The notes under the pieces are model-generated. The model did not search any database. It saw only the letters and a program-made list of their open reading frames with translations, and was not told the origin of the DNA. A DNA stretch of 64,000 nucleotides from Phoronis australis (taxonomy: Eukaryota > Animalia > Phoronida): NCBI GenBank assembly GCA_002633005.1, contig NMRA01000524.1:59441-123440 (forward strand), in the 5' to 3' direction. Below are positions 52,201-64,000 of this stretch, piece by piece. Position 1 is the stretch's first letter; the number at the start of each line of letters is the position of its first letter. The translations under genes and the position numbers were made by a program.

Positions 52201-55200
52201 GATACTCATGCTGGTAGTAACCAGCTCATACAAGGAAAACAAAATTAATTGACCTGTAACATGTGCAAACTAATGAACCTGTCAATTGTAATGAGTACGA
52301 GATTGCAAACCCCTTAATCATTTATTTAAAGAATCTTTGAAATTGTGATAAAGTTATGTACTTGCTAAATGAGTTAGTTGAATAAACCAGTGAAATGGAT
52401 TCAATGTAACAAATAAAGGGGAGAAATAATTAAACCCTCTCTATGTGAAACTTCATGAATGAACGAAATACGAATAATGAAAATGGAACATAAAGAAACC
52501 TGTAGTCTGTGGTTCGACTAATGAATCCAAAAATGGTACGACTAAAAAAGCCGTCGAGTGTGAAGAACCAAGATATGAAAATAAATGAAAGGAGGAAATA
52601 CCAGCACATATTCAAACTTGCTAACTGGGTTAAAAGTCTTGTCTCATATGAATTCGAGAAAATGAAAACAGACAAAGTTTGCTGGAAAAGCAACTGGTTA
52701 AGGAATTTGTAACGTGTGACGAATTAGTGAAGCGTCAAGTGCAAAAACGGGATGATCTCATAATGAAATGAGAATAAAAAAGCATAAGAGACATTGAAAG
52801 AATTTGCAAAAGGTGTGTAAAATGATCGCTAAAAAGCAAGAAGTAAAAACTAAAGTACAGTGGATATTAAGTGAATGGACTAATTGCGAAAGAGTCATGA
52901 AATATCGAAAAACGGCCGTCACAGGCCATCGTGACGAGCTATGAACAAGATGCATGTCAACTGGATAAGAAATGCGACCTGTTAGATAACGATAGTACGA
53001 TGGTGCAACAAAAGTGCATTGAAGGCTTTGTCATTAAAGGAACAATGTAAATGAACCTGAAAATGTGAAAATTAGTAAAAAGTTAATAGCAGAATAGGAG
53101 AAATAACTGGGAAACTTAATGAATGAATGAAATATGAATATAAAAATTTTCCCTATCAAAATCCTCTTTGGAAGAGATGAAAGCAAAAAGGTGGGCTTAT
53201 AAACAATTCTCTAAATGCGACTGGTTAATGAATTTGTCATGTGGGACAAATTTATGAATGCGTAAAGTGCGAAAACTAACAAAAAGAGAACATTCATGAA
53301 ACCATAACACGCACAAAAGAATTTGCAAAAGGTACAGTCTGGAATAAAAAGCCATCACTCAAGTACAGTAAATATTGAGTGCACTGTAAATATTGCGTGT
53401 ACAGTAAATGTTGAGTGAGTCTATTAACTGTCATAAAACGGGTGAAGTAATGAACTTGAAATTAAGTAAACATTAATCAATTAAAGAATTTTAACAGGAC
53501 AAAGTAATAACCTTGTCACAAAACTAATTAAACAGCAAAATGTGACCGACATAGTGAAGCCATGAAGAAATGAACTAGAAGAGATGAAATAATGATGAAC
53601 AAGCAAAGTGAGAGAAATTAATGAACCTGTAAAATGTAGTGATTGAGTGAATTGTTTAATTGCTACAAACAAGTGACACTGAAAACAGGTAAATAAATGA
53701 CTTCAAGGTGTGAAGAATTGGTGAAATTGTCCAACGAAAAACGGTTGAGATCGAGCTATGAACAAGATGCATGTCAACTGGAGAAGAAATGCGACCTGTT
53801 AGATGACGAAAGTACGATGGTGCAACAAGAGTGCATTGTAGGCTTTGTCAATAAAAGAACAATCATTTAGTGATAACAGCAAATTTGATTGAGGAGCTTG
53901 ACAAAATTGTCTACATATTAGTCATATTCAGAAACATCCATCGAGGGACGCCAGAGATACAGCATGAAAAATGACAACAGCTGTCCCCGAAAAATCTTGA
54001 AGAGATGACACTTTCAACAAAATCCCTCCCATTGATGACGCCGCTGTAGCTCCACCAATCAAAATATCCGAAACAATTGGCCTTGAAAATTGAAATCGAA
54101 AGTGCAGGAAACATACATTGTGACATGTGAAAAAGGGAAGGTAAGGATGGTGAATGAGCAGGGGCAAGGAATTGACTAGTTGGCTGCTTGAATTTAAATT
54201 CAACCCAAGAGAAAATGTTGATCAAACATGGCTATCAAGACCATAGCCTACTTTACGTATTCTTCAAAGTAACTGACAGACACAGCTCTTGCTAAAACTG
54301 AAGTTCATTCACCGTCCTGAGGCTTAAGGGCAATGCAGCATTTTTTCTCAATACTCACAATTCACTTGTGTTCTGGTGGGAAAAGTCTTCTGCCAGAATT
54401 TATGTTTGATCTACTTGCATTTTATGCTGCATCGAGTGGTGGTTCCTTTTTTCACAAATTGTAAAATTATGGATTCCTTGTTATCACTAGCAATAAATGT
54501 CTCCAATAGGAAAGGATAAAGGGACCAATCCAAAAGCAGGAAAAGGGGGGTCCATATTCTCACTTTAATATTACATTTAACTAGTGAAATACCGTTTATG
54601 TCCAAATTCAGCCCCAAAATATCACAATCAATTAACTGGGTTTATCATAATGACAGAGCCTGTAAAATAAACCATTCCGTATAGTTTGAGGAAGCAAAGG
54701 GCTAAAAATAAGTGAACCTATAAATGCAGAAACTGTCATGCATTGAATTATTGAATTTTGAGAGTTTCAGTAACTAGCATTTCACGAAAGGAAATGAATT
54801 AATACAGACACTATGTTACACAGAAAATAAACCTAAAAAGAATTAGAAAATTGAAATCTAAAGTGCATGAAATCTACATAGATCTGAGTAATTGTTTGAC
54901 AAGTGAAAAAGGGAAGGTAGGGATGGTGAATGAGCAGGGGCAAGGAATTGACTAGTTGGCTGCTTGACTTTAAATACAACCCAAGAGAAAATGTTGATCA
55001 AACATTCTTCAAAGTAATGACGGACACAGCTCTTACTAAAACTAAAGTTCATTCACCATCCTGAGGCTTAAGGGCAATGCAGCATTTTTTTCTCAATACA
55101 AATTATGGTATTCATTAAATGTTGTCTCCTATATGTGACTATAGCAACTTGTTTCTGTGTTGAATTGTTCCAAACACCAAAATGCTGGAACAACAAAATG

Positions 55201-55246
55201 TGTGACGATTTGTGGACACCACTGCTAATCTCATCTTAGCACCCCC
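49230..55246 (+). repeat. Left arm of a large inverted duplication; A-rich degenerate tandem repeat with higher-order modules
   Basis: 49722-54088 matches the reverse complement of 60431-64000, and ~54126-55246 matches 58031-58871 in rearranged blocks. Internal direct duplication 51255-51928 / 53047-53730. Confidence 0.9.
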
Positions 55247-55535
55247 TAACATGTGACCATAGTATATAAAATCGAGTAATTTTTTCACAACAGCTTTCTG
55301 TCATCAAGCACTGAATTAGCATGCACTGACCCGACCTTGGTGCCCAGCATTGAAAACTGGTAATGCAGTGGTTTATTCATTGCTGGCTTCTCAACATTTG
55401 CACTCACGAATACTCCAACAGCATTACAAATTGTATATAATGAGACATACCAGTTTTATATAAGCATTGGTTAGGATGAGAAACGAAACACACGACAACT
55501 CGCCTGGCGCCAATCAAGAGCTCGTGCGACGAAGA

Positions 55536-55632
55536 CTTCACGGGTCGGATCATTAGGTTTCACAGGCTGGCAGTTCAGTGTATTCTGGTTCGAACTGACG
55601 GCCTGTGAAACCTAATGATCCGACCCGTGAAG
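55536..55632. repeat. Perfect 32-bp inverted repeat (hairpin) with 33 nt spacer
   Basis: cttcacgggtcggatcattaggtttcacaggc (55536-55567) and its exact reverse complement (55601-55632). Confidence 0.95.
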
Positions 55633-55739
55633 AATACACTGATCAAGAAATACTAGAGGCACCGTGAACATGAACAGGCAACGGCAAGGATGGATAGTTC
55701 TTTGGTAAGCCGAAGGCTTTGATTGGTCGCCTTCCTTTT

Positions 55740-55990
55740 AATCGACCAATCAGAGCATTCATTTCAAATCGACCAATCAGAGCCTTAGATTCAGCTGACC
55801 AATCAGATTCTTCGATTCAATCGACCAATCAGAGCCTTCCTTTCAATCGACCAATCAGAGCCTTCCTTTCAATCGACCAATCAGTGCCTTCATTTTAATC
55901 GACCAATCAGATCCTTCCTTTTAATCGACCAATCAGAGCCTTCGATTCAATCGACCAATCAGAGCCTTCCTTTCAATCGACCAATCAGAG
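55740..55990 (+). repeat. 26-bp minisatellite (atcgaccaatcagagccttcctttca), 10 copies
   Basis: GACCAATCAG recurs every 26-27 bp. Confidence 0.95.
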
Positions 55991-57225
55991 GCCCCGATTT
56001 GATTCACAAATCAATCGACTAATTGTGAACCTTATTCCTAAAAAACGAGGTTTGTTCGAGGCCTATGCATTGTGCATTCGCCTCCCGAGCCCCCTCAGGC
56101 TTAGTCTGCGCATATACTAGTCAGCAATTCGCACCCCGGACTGCCAAATGGAATCTGGGAGAATTTTAGGGAGGCCATGAGCCCCTTGCCACCTCCCCCC
56201 CCTCCTATATCCTCCACTGAAATACTCATAAGCATTTGGCCTGCGTTGTTATGCTTTTTATTATTGATGTTTACCTGGCAACCGTTTTCAAAAACACATA
56301 ACGTCGACTTAACACATGTTATAAAAGCAGAGTACTTACTTACTGGGTGGTGGATCCACTAGTAGTGTTGGCTTACGTAGTAAATGCATGGGAGGCACAG
56401 AACAGTTCTCACTGGGTTTTGCCCAGCAAAACACACATCACTTGATTTGTCACCTTTTCTTCACTCTGTCAAAAACAGGATACAAAGAATGGCATGTTTT
56501 CAATTATTTCACATAAAAAGCCCAGCAGATCAGCACAGAAACTTTATTCTCTCTTGTATTTTTGACCATTTCATTCCCACTGAAAACCAAGCTAGACTTA
56601 GAAAAATAAGGGCAAAAAAATGCAAAATCGGCACTTTTCACCCAAAAAACACCACTTCCCTGCCGATGCAACATTAGAGTCTGAAAGCAAATTTCCTACC
56701 GATTCCGAAAATGTGGTCCAAAAGTACTGTAGTACTGTCAACCAACTAGTTTTTTGGCAATTCTTGCTTGTTTGAGGGCTACCTAAAACCACAGCCAATT
56801 TCTCGGTCGCTACCCAACAATGCACAATTGCAGCCGGGGGCCGCCATCTTGAAGAAGAGTGCAGCTACAGCCAAGAAAGTGGCCCCATGTGGCGCCAAAG
56901 TATCACAAAAGGCTTTAGGGGGAAGAGGGGAATAATTAACTGAGCCCATTCATAGATGACTTAATTCACATCAAGCGTGAGAGAAAAAATGTTTATATTT
57001 TTGTTATCTCAATCACAAGACAGTCTTTTCACTTTTAAAGAAGTTTCCCACCTAAATTGGAGCGCAAAAATGGGGTAAATTTTGCCCATTTTTGTGTTTA
57101 GCCATTTATGAAGTGCTTTAGGTGGCCAATTCGTGGGATGCTGGTGATTTCAAATAACATTTTCTCGTCATATTTCTGTATGACTAGGAAACTAAAAAAA
57201 TAAAAAATGGGCTTTTTGTTGATTC

Positions 57226-57446
57226 AATTGACCAATCAGAGCCTTCCCTCCAATCGACCAATCAGAGCCTTACTTTCAATCGACCAATCAGATTCTTCGA
57301 TTCAATCGACCAATCAGAGCCTTCCTTTCAATCGACCAATCAAATTCTTCGATTCAATCGACCAATCAGAGCCTTACTTTCAATCGACCAATCAGAGCCT
57401 TCCTTTTAATCGACCAATCGGAGCCTTCGTTTTAATCGACCAGTCG
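57226..57446 (+). repeat. Same 26-bp CCAAT minisatellite, ~9 copies, same orientation
   Basis: Same unit as 55740-55990; the repetitive ORF 57207-57611 is a by-product. Confidence 0.95.
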
Positions 57447-60400
57447 GTCCACTTTTTTGCTTCCATCACCTCGAAAATGGAAATCGATAGAAAAGTTCCT
57501 CTTATTCTTACCCATTCAGCAAGTTTGAATATGCCCGCCGGTAATTCCTCAGCTCATTTATTTTTCACATTAATTTTATTTTTCATCGCACTCAACCGCT
57601 TGAAAAAGTAATAGCATTTTACAGATTCATAATTTATGTTTACTTTGGATCATCACAGGTTTCTTTGTGTCTCCCATTTTATTTATCACATTCAACCACT
57701 TTGTTTAGATGTAACATTTTAAGAGTTCATGTTTTTTGTTTTTGTTTTTCAATTCATCACATTTCACTAATTCATTAATTCATTGACTTACACAGTTTCA
57801 TTCACTTGTCGTTTTGCAGGACTTCTTTTATTTGGTGCATTTCATGGGATTACGTACCACTTCAAATGTTCCTGCTTATAATATTTCAATATTTTACAGG
57901 TCTTTTATTTTGATGTTCATTTAATGACACTCTTCGACCAATTGCCCAATTCACAGGACTCCATTCATTCAATGCACCGATTTTTTCAATTCATGAAGCA
58001 TTTGTCCATCGTAATTTCACTACATTCTTTGGGGGTGTTAAGATCCGATAGCAGAGGTGTACACAAATAGTAACACATTTTGTTGTTCCAGCATTTTGGT
58101 GTTTGGAACAATTCAATGAAGAAACACAAGTTGCTATCGTCACATATAAGAGACAACATTTATTGTTAGTGATAACGATGAATACCATAATTTTACAATT
58201 TGTGAAAAAAGGAACCACCACTAGATGCAGCGTAAAATGCCTGTAGATTCAACATAAATGCTGGCAGAAGACTTTTCCCACCAGAACACAAGTGAATTGT
58301 GAGTATTGAGAAAAAAATGCTGCATTGCCCTTAAGCCTCAGGACGGTGAATGAACTTTAGTTTTAGCAAGAGTTACTTTGAAGAATACGTAAAGTAGGCT
58401 ATGGTCTTGATAGCCATGTTTGATCACTATTTTCTCTTGGGTTGAATTTAAAGTGAAGCAGCCAACTAGTCAATTCCTTGCCCCTGTTCATTCACCATCC
58501 CTACCTTCCCTTTTTCACTTGTCAAACAATTACTCAGATTTTTTCGATTTCAATTTTCTAATCCTTTGTAGGTTTACTTTCTATGTAACATAGTGTCTGT
58601 TTTAATTCATTTATTTTAGTGAAATGTTCATTACCGAAATTTTCAAAATTCAATAATTCAATGCATGACGGTTTCTGCATTTATAGGTTCACTTATTTTT
58701 AGCCTTTTGCTTCCTCAAACTATACGAAATGGTTTATTTTACAGGCTCCGTCATTATGATAAACCCAATTTATTGATTGTGATATTTTGGGGCTGAATTT
58801 AGACATAAATGGTATTTCACTCGTTAAATATAATATTAAAGTGAGAATATTGACCCTTTTTTCCTGCTTTTGCATTGTGTCCGTTTATCCTTTGTGTAGA
58901 TTTGCATGTCGTCCTTTTGCACATGATGCACTAGAACATTTCTTTACCAGCCTGGTTCGTTTCTGTCATGTGCCTCAAGTTTGGTCGGTTCCTTGCTACC
59001 ATAGGCTGATGATTAACACGTGTTTTAGGGTTAATGTTTTGTTCTCAGTAACCATATGTTTCCTGTCATTCCTGCGCTTCAACAGCACTTACATTTGAGT
59101 TTAATCTCTCTTCATTTTCTCAATGGATGGAAGACACGGATCCCAAGATGTCTAGAAGATTCTCAATAACTAGACTCCATAATTTACTACAGACTGAACT
59201 TGTACAGTGAGGTTATTGAAAATCTCAGTTGCTGATTGAGTGCTGTGTTGACAATGATGACTGCTAGCTCAAAGATACAACCGCATCAGGCGCACTCAAA
59301 TATGACAGGTGTGTGCCCGTCAGTTTATGGTTTGGTTTTTGCAAAGTTCTTGCCTAGTGATTTTCTTTATCACAACTTGAGCACGTGGCACTGTATACAA
59401 GGGAGTCACTGAATGGTCTCACAGAGTGTGGTTTGTTTTAACAGCAACTGGTCCGTACTACAAATTTGAGAAGACATTCAACAGTACGTGTTTTATCTGT
59501 AGTGTTGTCCACGGTCAGGCCAGTTTCAGTTTTAGTGCTCTTGAACTGCTAAAACTGAATGTCTCAATGATATATTTCCTTGAATTAGCACTGTGCTCAT
59601 CCATAAAAACCTTAATATGCAAGTTGAAAGTTACTAATACATACTGTTGGAACGTTGCATTCTGATCAGTTTATGATTCGGTTCCAAGTGCAGGCTATTT
59701 CGATGCCTTCATTCCACGTCCAAGTTCAATTGGATAGATGTCGCTTTTTCAGCATTGGTTTTGCATGGTTTTCAGTGGTCTCGAAAAATTCAACTCACAC
59801 ACAATAGCCTTGAAATGGTTGCCAGATCTTGCAAATAGCTCATTTTGCAAGTCAAAAACAGACTTGCAAGTTTTATTGGTTTATTGTACTTCTCTGCAAC
59901 ATGTTTAAATGCATGTATACACATGGACACTTCAGCGACTTGAACATCCAACTTGACTTGACTTGACATTCCAAATTCTGAAACAGCAACTATAGAAACT
60001 CGGGGTCAGGATAGAAATGCAGTCATTCAATAGACACTGACATGAGTACACTATTCATAGTGCCAATGTTCGCTACGATGTACTAGTGCGGTGAGGTAGT
60101 CAACAAGCCGTGATTTCTTCATTAGTATTAGATGGGCGTACACTGTCTCACTAGGCACAAATCTCTTGTTTATTTTTCTATGCCCTTCTTTACAGAGACT
60201 GTATTTTTCATTATTTTGACTGTTGCATCATAATAACTGACATTTTCCCGAATCCAACTACTGGTATGCTATTTATTTCTGGTAAAAGAGATTCGCTGAC
60301 GCATGGTCTATTTTCATTACGGCACATACATGTATGTGAAAAATAAATTAGATGTGTCTAGTTAATGTGAGCTTTATATAGGCAGCATTTCTTATCTGCT

Positions 60401-63400
60401 GGACATTTACACACAACTGTCTCATTCACATTTCAAGGCCAATTGTTTTGGATATTTTGATTGGTGGAGCTACAGCTCCATCATCGATGGGAAGGATTTT
60501 TCTGAAAGTTGGACATTTGTTAAATTGATTGTCACTTTTCATGCTGTATCTCTGGCGTCCTCAATGGATCTTTCTGAAAATGACTAATATGTAGACAATT
60601 TTGTCAAGCTTCTCACTCAAATTTGCTGTTATCACTAAATGATTGTTCTTTTATTGACAAAGCCTTCAATGCACTTTTGTTGCACCATCGTACTATCGTC
60701 ATCTAACAGGTCGCATTTCTTATCCAGTTGACATGCATCTTGTTCATAGCTCAGTTTTGACTGTTTTTCATTGGAATAAGACTCACGATGGCCTCTGATG
60801 GCCGTTTTTTGATATTTCAAGACTTTTTAGCAATTAATCCATTCACTTAATATCCACTGTACTTTAGTTTTTACTTTTTGCTTTTTAGCGATCATTTTAC
60901 ACACCTTTTGCAAATTCTTTCAATGTCTATTATGCTTTTCTTATTCTCATTTCATTACGAGATCATCCCGTTTTTGCACTTGACGCTTCACTAATTCGTC
61001 ACACGTTACAAATTCCTTAACCAGTTGCTTTTCCAGCAAACTTTGTCTGCTTTCGTTTCCTCGAATACCTATGAGGTAAAGAATTTATCTTTTATCGTGC
61101 AATAGGCAAGACTTTTAACCCAGTTAGCAAGTTTGAATATGTGCTGGTATTTCCTCCTTTCTTTTATTTTTCATATCTTGGTTCTTCACACTCAATGGCT
61201 TTGTAGTCACACCATTTTTTGGATTCATAAGTCGAACCACTACAGGTTTCTTTATGTTACATTTTCCTTATTTGTATTTCGTTCATTCATGAAGTTTCAC
61301 ATTGAGAGGGTTCAATTATTTCTCCCTTTTATTTGTTACATTGAATCCATTTCACTGGTTTATTCAACTAACTCATTTAACAAGTACATAACTTTCTCAC
61401 AATTTCAAAGATTCTTTCATAAAATGATTAAATGGGTTTGCTATCACGTACTCATTGCAATTGACAGGTTCATTAGTTTGCACATGTTACAGGTTAATTA
61501 ATTTTGTTTTCTTTGTATAAGCTGGTTACTACCAGCATATGAGTATCTTGATGCCTAGTATCACATTTTACACTCACATACGTCACACGCTATAAAGGGT
61601 TTGTTTGTTTTTGACATTTCACATTTTCATATAAGTCTACTATTACTCTGTTAACTTTTCACATTTTATGGTTTAGTTTCATTTATACTACTAGCTTTTG
61701 TCATCAACTTGAATGTCGTTTATTAAATCATTAATTTTCACGTAATATGGGATTCACTTATTTTTCGCATTAAGCTTCATCACACTCAACGGGTTCATTT
61801 ATTTGTTAACTCAGTTTGCACAATTTCACCAATTCTTCACGCCTTGAAGTCATTTATTTACCTGTTTTCGGTGTCACTTGTTTGTAGCAGTTAAACGATT
61901 CACTCAATCACTACATTTACAGGTTCATTAATTTCTCTCACTTTGCTTGTTCATCATTATTTCATCTCTTCTAGTTGATTTCTTCATGGCTTCACTATGC
62001 CGGTCACGTTTTGCTGTTTAATTAGTTTTGTGACAAGGTTGTTACTTTGTCCTTTTATAATTCTTTAATTGAATAACTTTTACATAATTTCAAGTTCATT
62101 ACTTCACCTGTTTTATGACAGTTAATAGATTCACTCAATATTTACTGTACACTCATTATTTACTGTACACTCAATATCATCTGTACTGGAGTGATTGCTT
62201 TTTACTCCAGACTGTACCTTTTGCAAATTCTTCAGTGCCTATTATGGTTTCATGAATGTTCTCATTTTGTTAGTTTTTGCACTTTACGCATTCATAAATT
62301 TGTCCCACATGACAAATTCATTAACCAGTCGCATTTAGAGAATTTTTTATCAGCCCACCTTTCTGCTTTCATCTTCTCCAAAGAGGATTTTGATAGGGAA
62401 AATTTTTATATTCATATTTCATTCATTCATTCATTAAGTTTCCCAGTTATTTCTCCTATTCTGCTAGAAACGTTTTATTGGTTTACCAATTTTCACATTT
62501 TGAGGTTCATTTACTTTTCGCCTTCAGTTTCATCACACTGACCATGACTACATTCAAGGATTGATTTGTTACGCACCATTTCACCATTTTCTTACACAAT
62601 GACACCATTTATTCAACGTCACTTCCTTGTAGCGACAGAAAGATCTCGCACTCATTTTGCTAGTTCATCGTTATTACGACTCTTTAATTATCAGTTTATT
62701 TATTTGTAGGTTCATTTATTTAATACTTTGCCGTTTCATTAGTAATTCTAGCGGGTTTATTTATCTCCTAATAAATCATAAATTGATTACCTTTTACAGA
62801 ATTTCTAGTTCCACAGATTTCACTTGTTTTATGACAGTTATTGGACTCGCTTATCCATTGTACTTTAATATCTACTTGTTTTTTTACCCATCATTTTTTC
62901 ACTGACATCTTTTCCAAATTCTCCAGTGTCGCATTTAGAGAATTGTCATCAGTCCACTTTCTTTGCTTCCATCACCTCGAAAATGGAATTCGATAGAAAA
63001 ATTCTTATTCTTACCCATTCAGCAAGTTTGAATATGCCCTGCCGGTAATTCCTCAGCTCATTTATTTTTCTTATTTATTTTTCATCGCACTCAACCGCTT
63101 GACTTAGTAGCATTTTACAGATTCATCATTGATGTTTAATTTGGATCATCACAGATTTCTTTGTGTCACATTTGACAGATTCATTTCTCCCATTTTAGTC
63201 ATCACATTCAACCAGTAACATTTTACGAGTTCATGCTTCTTCAATTAGTTTTTACCAGCATACAGGTGTCAAACTCTCATTTGAAAGGTTCATTTTGCTT
63301 CGTCGCACCCTCTAGGATTTATGACATTTTTCGCATCCATAAAAGTCTCCCATTCCATTAGTCCATTTTTCAAATTTTTTACTATTTGACAGGTTCATGT

Positions 63401-64000
63401 CATAAACTCAATATTTTATTGGTTATTAAGTAATATTTACATTTTTAGGTTTATTTATTTTTTGCATTTAGTTTCATCACACTCAACAGTCACTCAATTA
63501 GTCACAACATTTTGTTAGGTTCATACCTTGCATTCGTTTTGTTTCACCATACCTTATAAGGTTTGGGTCATTAGTCCATTAAGTTTTTAGTAATACATTT
63601 TTTTAATTTTGTCTGATACATACTATATATTTTTATCATTAACTCGAATTTTATTGGTTCATTAATTTTCACATTTTTGAGTTCATTTATTTGTTGCATT
63701 TAGCTTCGTCACTCAACGATTTCAATTACCCGTAGCATTTGATGGATTTGATGTTTTCATACAATTTCACCATTATTTTGTCACGCTTTTTACAAATTCA
63801 TTAACCAGTTGCATTTAGAGAATTTTCATCAGCCCATCTTCTTCGCTTTAATCTCCTCCAAATATGATTTTAACAGAAAAATTCCCCATAATGATGGGAA
63901 AGATTTGACTTTATTTTATCTTGCACCAGTCTTGACTTTTCCTATTTAGGGTCTTTGAATATGCCCTGGTATTTCCTTGATTTGTTTATTTTCACATTTT
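57447..64000 (-). repeat. Right arm of the inverted duplication (T-rich), interrupted by unique DNA at ~58.9-60.4 kb and continuing past the window end
   Basis: The last 40 bases are the reverse complement of 49722-49761; 60431 pairs with 54088 and 58031 with 55246. 57447-57730 is a further copy of the 50450-50733 module. Confidence 0.9.
59130..59970 (-). pseudogene. Possible decayed coding relic (transposon-type), family unassigned
   Basis: Minus strand has an acceptor-like gtttcag followed by MSSQVKLDVQVAEVSMCIHAFKHV... and further protein-like stretches broken by stops and frameshifts; base composition differs from the flanking arm. Confidence 0.25.

Noticed and set aside
49230-53730. CRISPR- or TIGR-like guide array (conserved anchors with variable spacers)
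   Set aside because: Unit length wanders (about 19-31 bp) rather than being fixed, the anchors are degenerate, there is no cas or Nop-domain gene, and the context is eukaryotic.
42654-57212. Polinton/Maverick element (size and long inverted ends)
   Set aside because: No polB, integrase, capsid or ATPase remnants recognised; no 6-bp TSD or AG-repeat termini.
55740-57446. CRISPR array, or protein-coding ORF 57207-57611
   Set aside because: Units are contiguous near-identical 26-mers with no unique spacers; the ORF is a translation of the minisatellite.
50748-62905. Hydrophobic F/I/L-rich ORFs occurring in mirrored pairs (e.g. 51332- and 62191+, 54411- and 58787+)
   Set aside because: By-products of the T-rich strand of the repeat arms; their starts, stops and frames differ between copies.

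Overview
AT-rich metazoan (invertebrate bilaterian-like) genomic DNA, not prokaryotic. Bases 1-39.7 kb hold the 3' ~80% of a + strand liprin-alpha (PPFIA/SYD-2) gene. Twenty coding exons from 11038 to 38046 join in frame to 982 aa (coiled coils, three SAM domains, C-terminal VRTFSC); the N-terminal exons are not seen in the window. Three of these exons appear twice across a single-N gap, most likely an uncollapsed haplotype. The introns carry several MITEs, SINE-like fragments and a dead THAP-domain ORF, plus candidates for an alternative first exon, C-terminal microexons and tandem splice acceptors. Bases 40-64 kb have no intact gene: a promoter-like motif cluster, a decayed L1/Tx1 LINE, and a >14 kb imperfect inverted duplication running off the window end. 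Its arms are strand-asymmetric degenerate ~24-26 bp repeats, and its centre holds a perfect 32-bp hairpin and ~19 tandem CCAAT-box repeats. All calls were made by eye; no searches were run.
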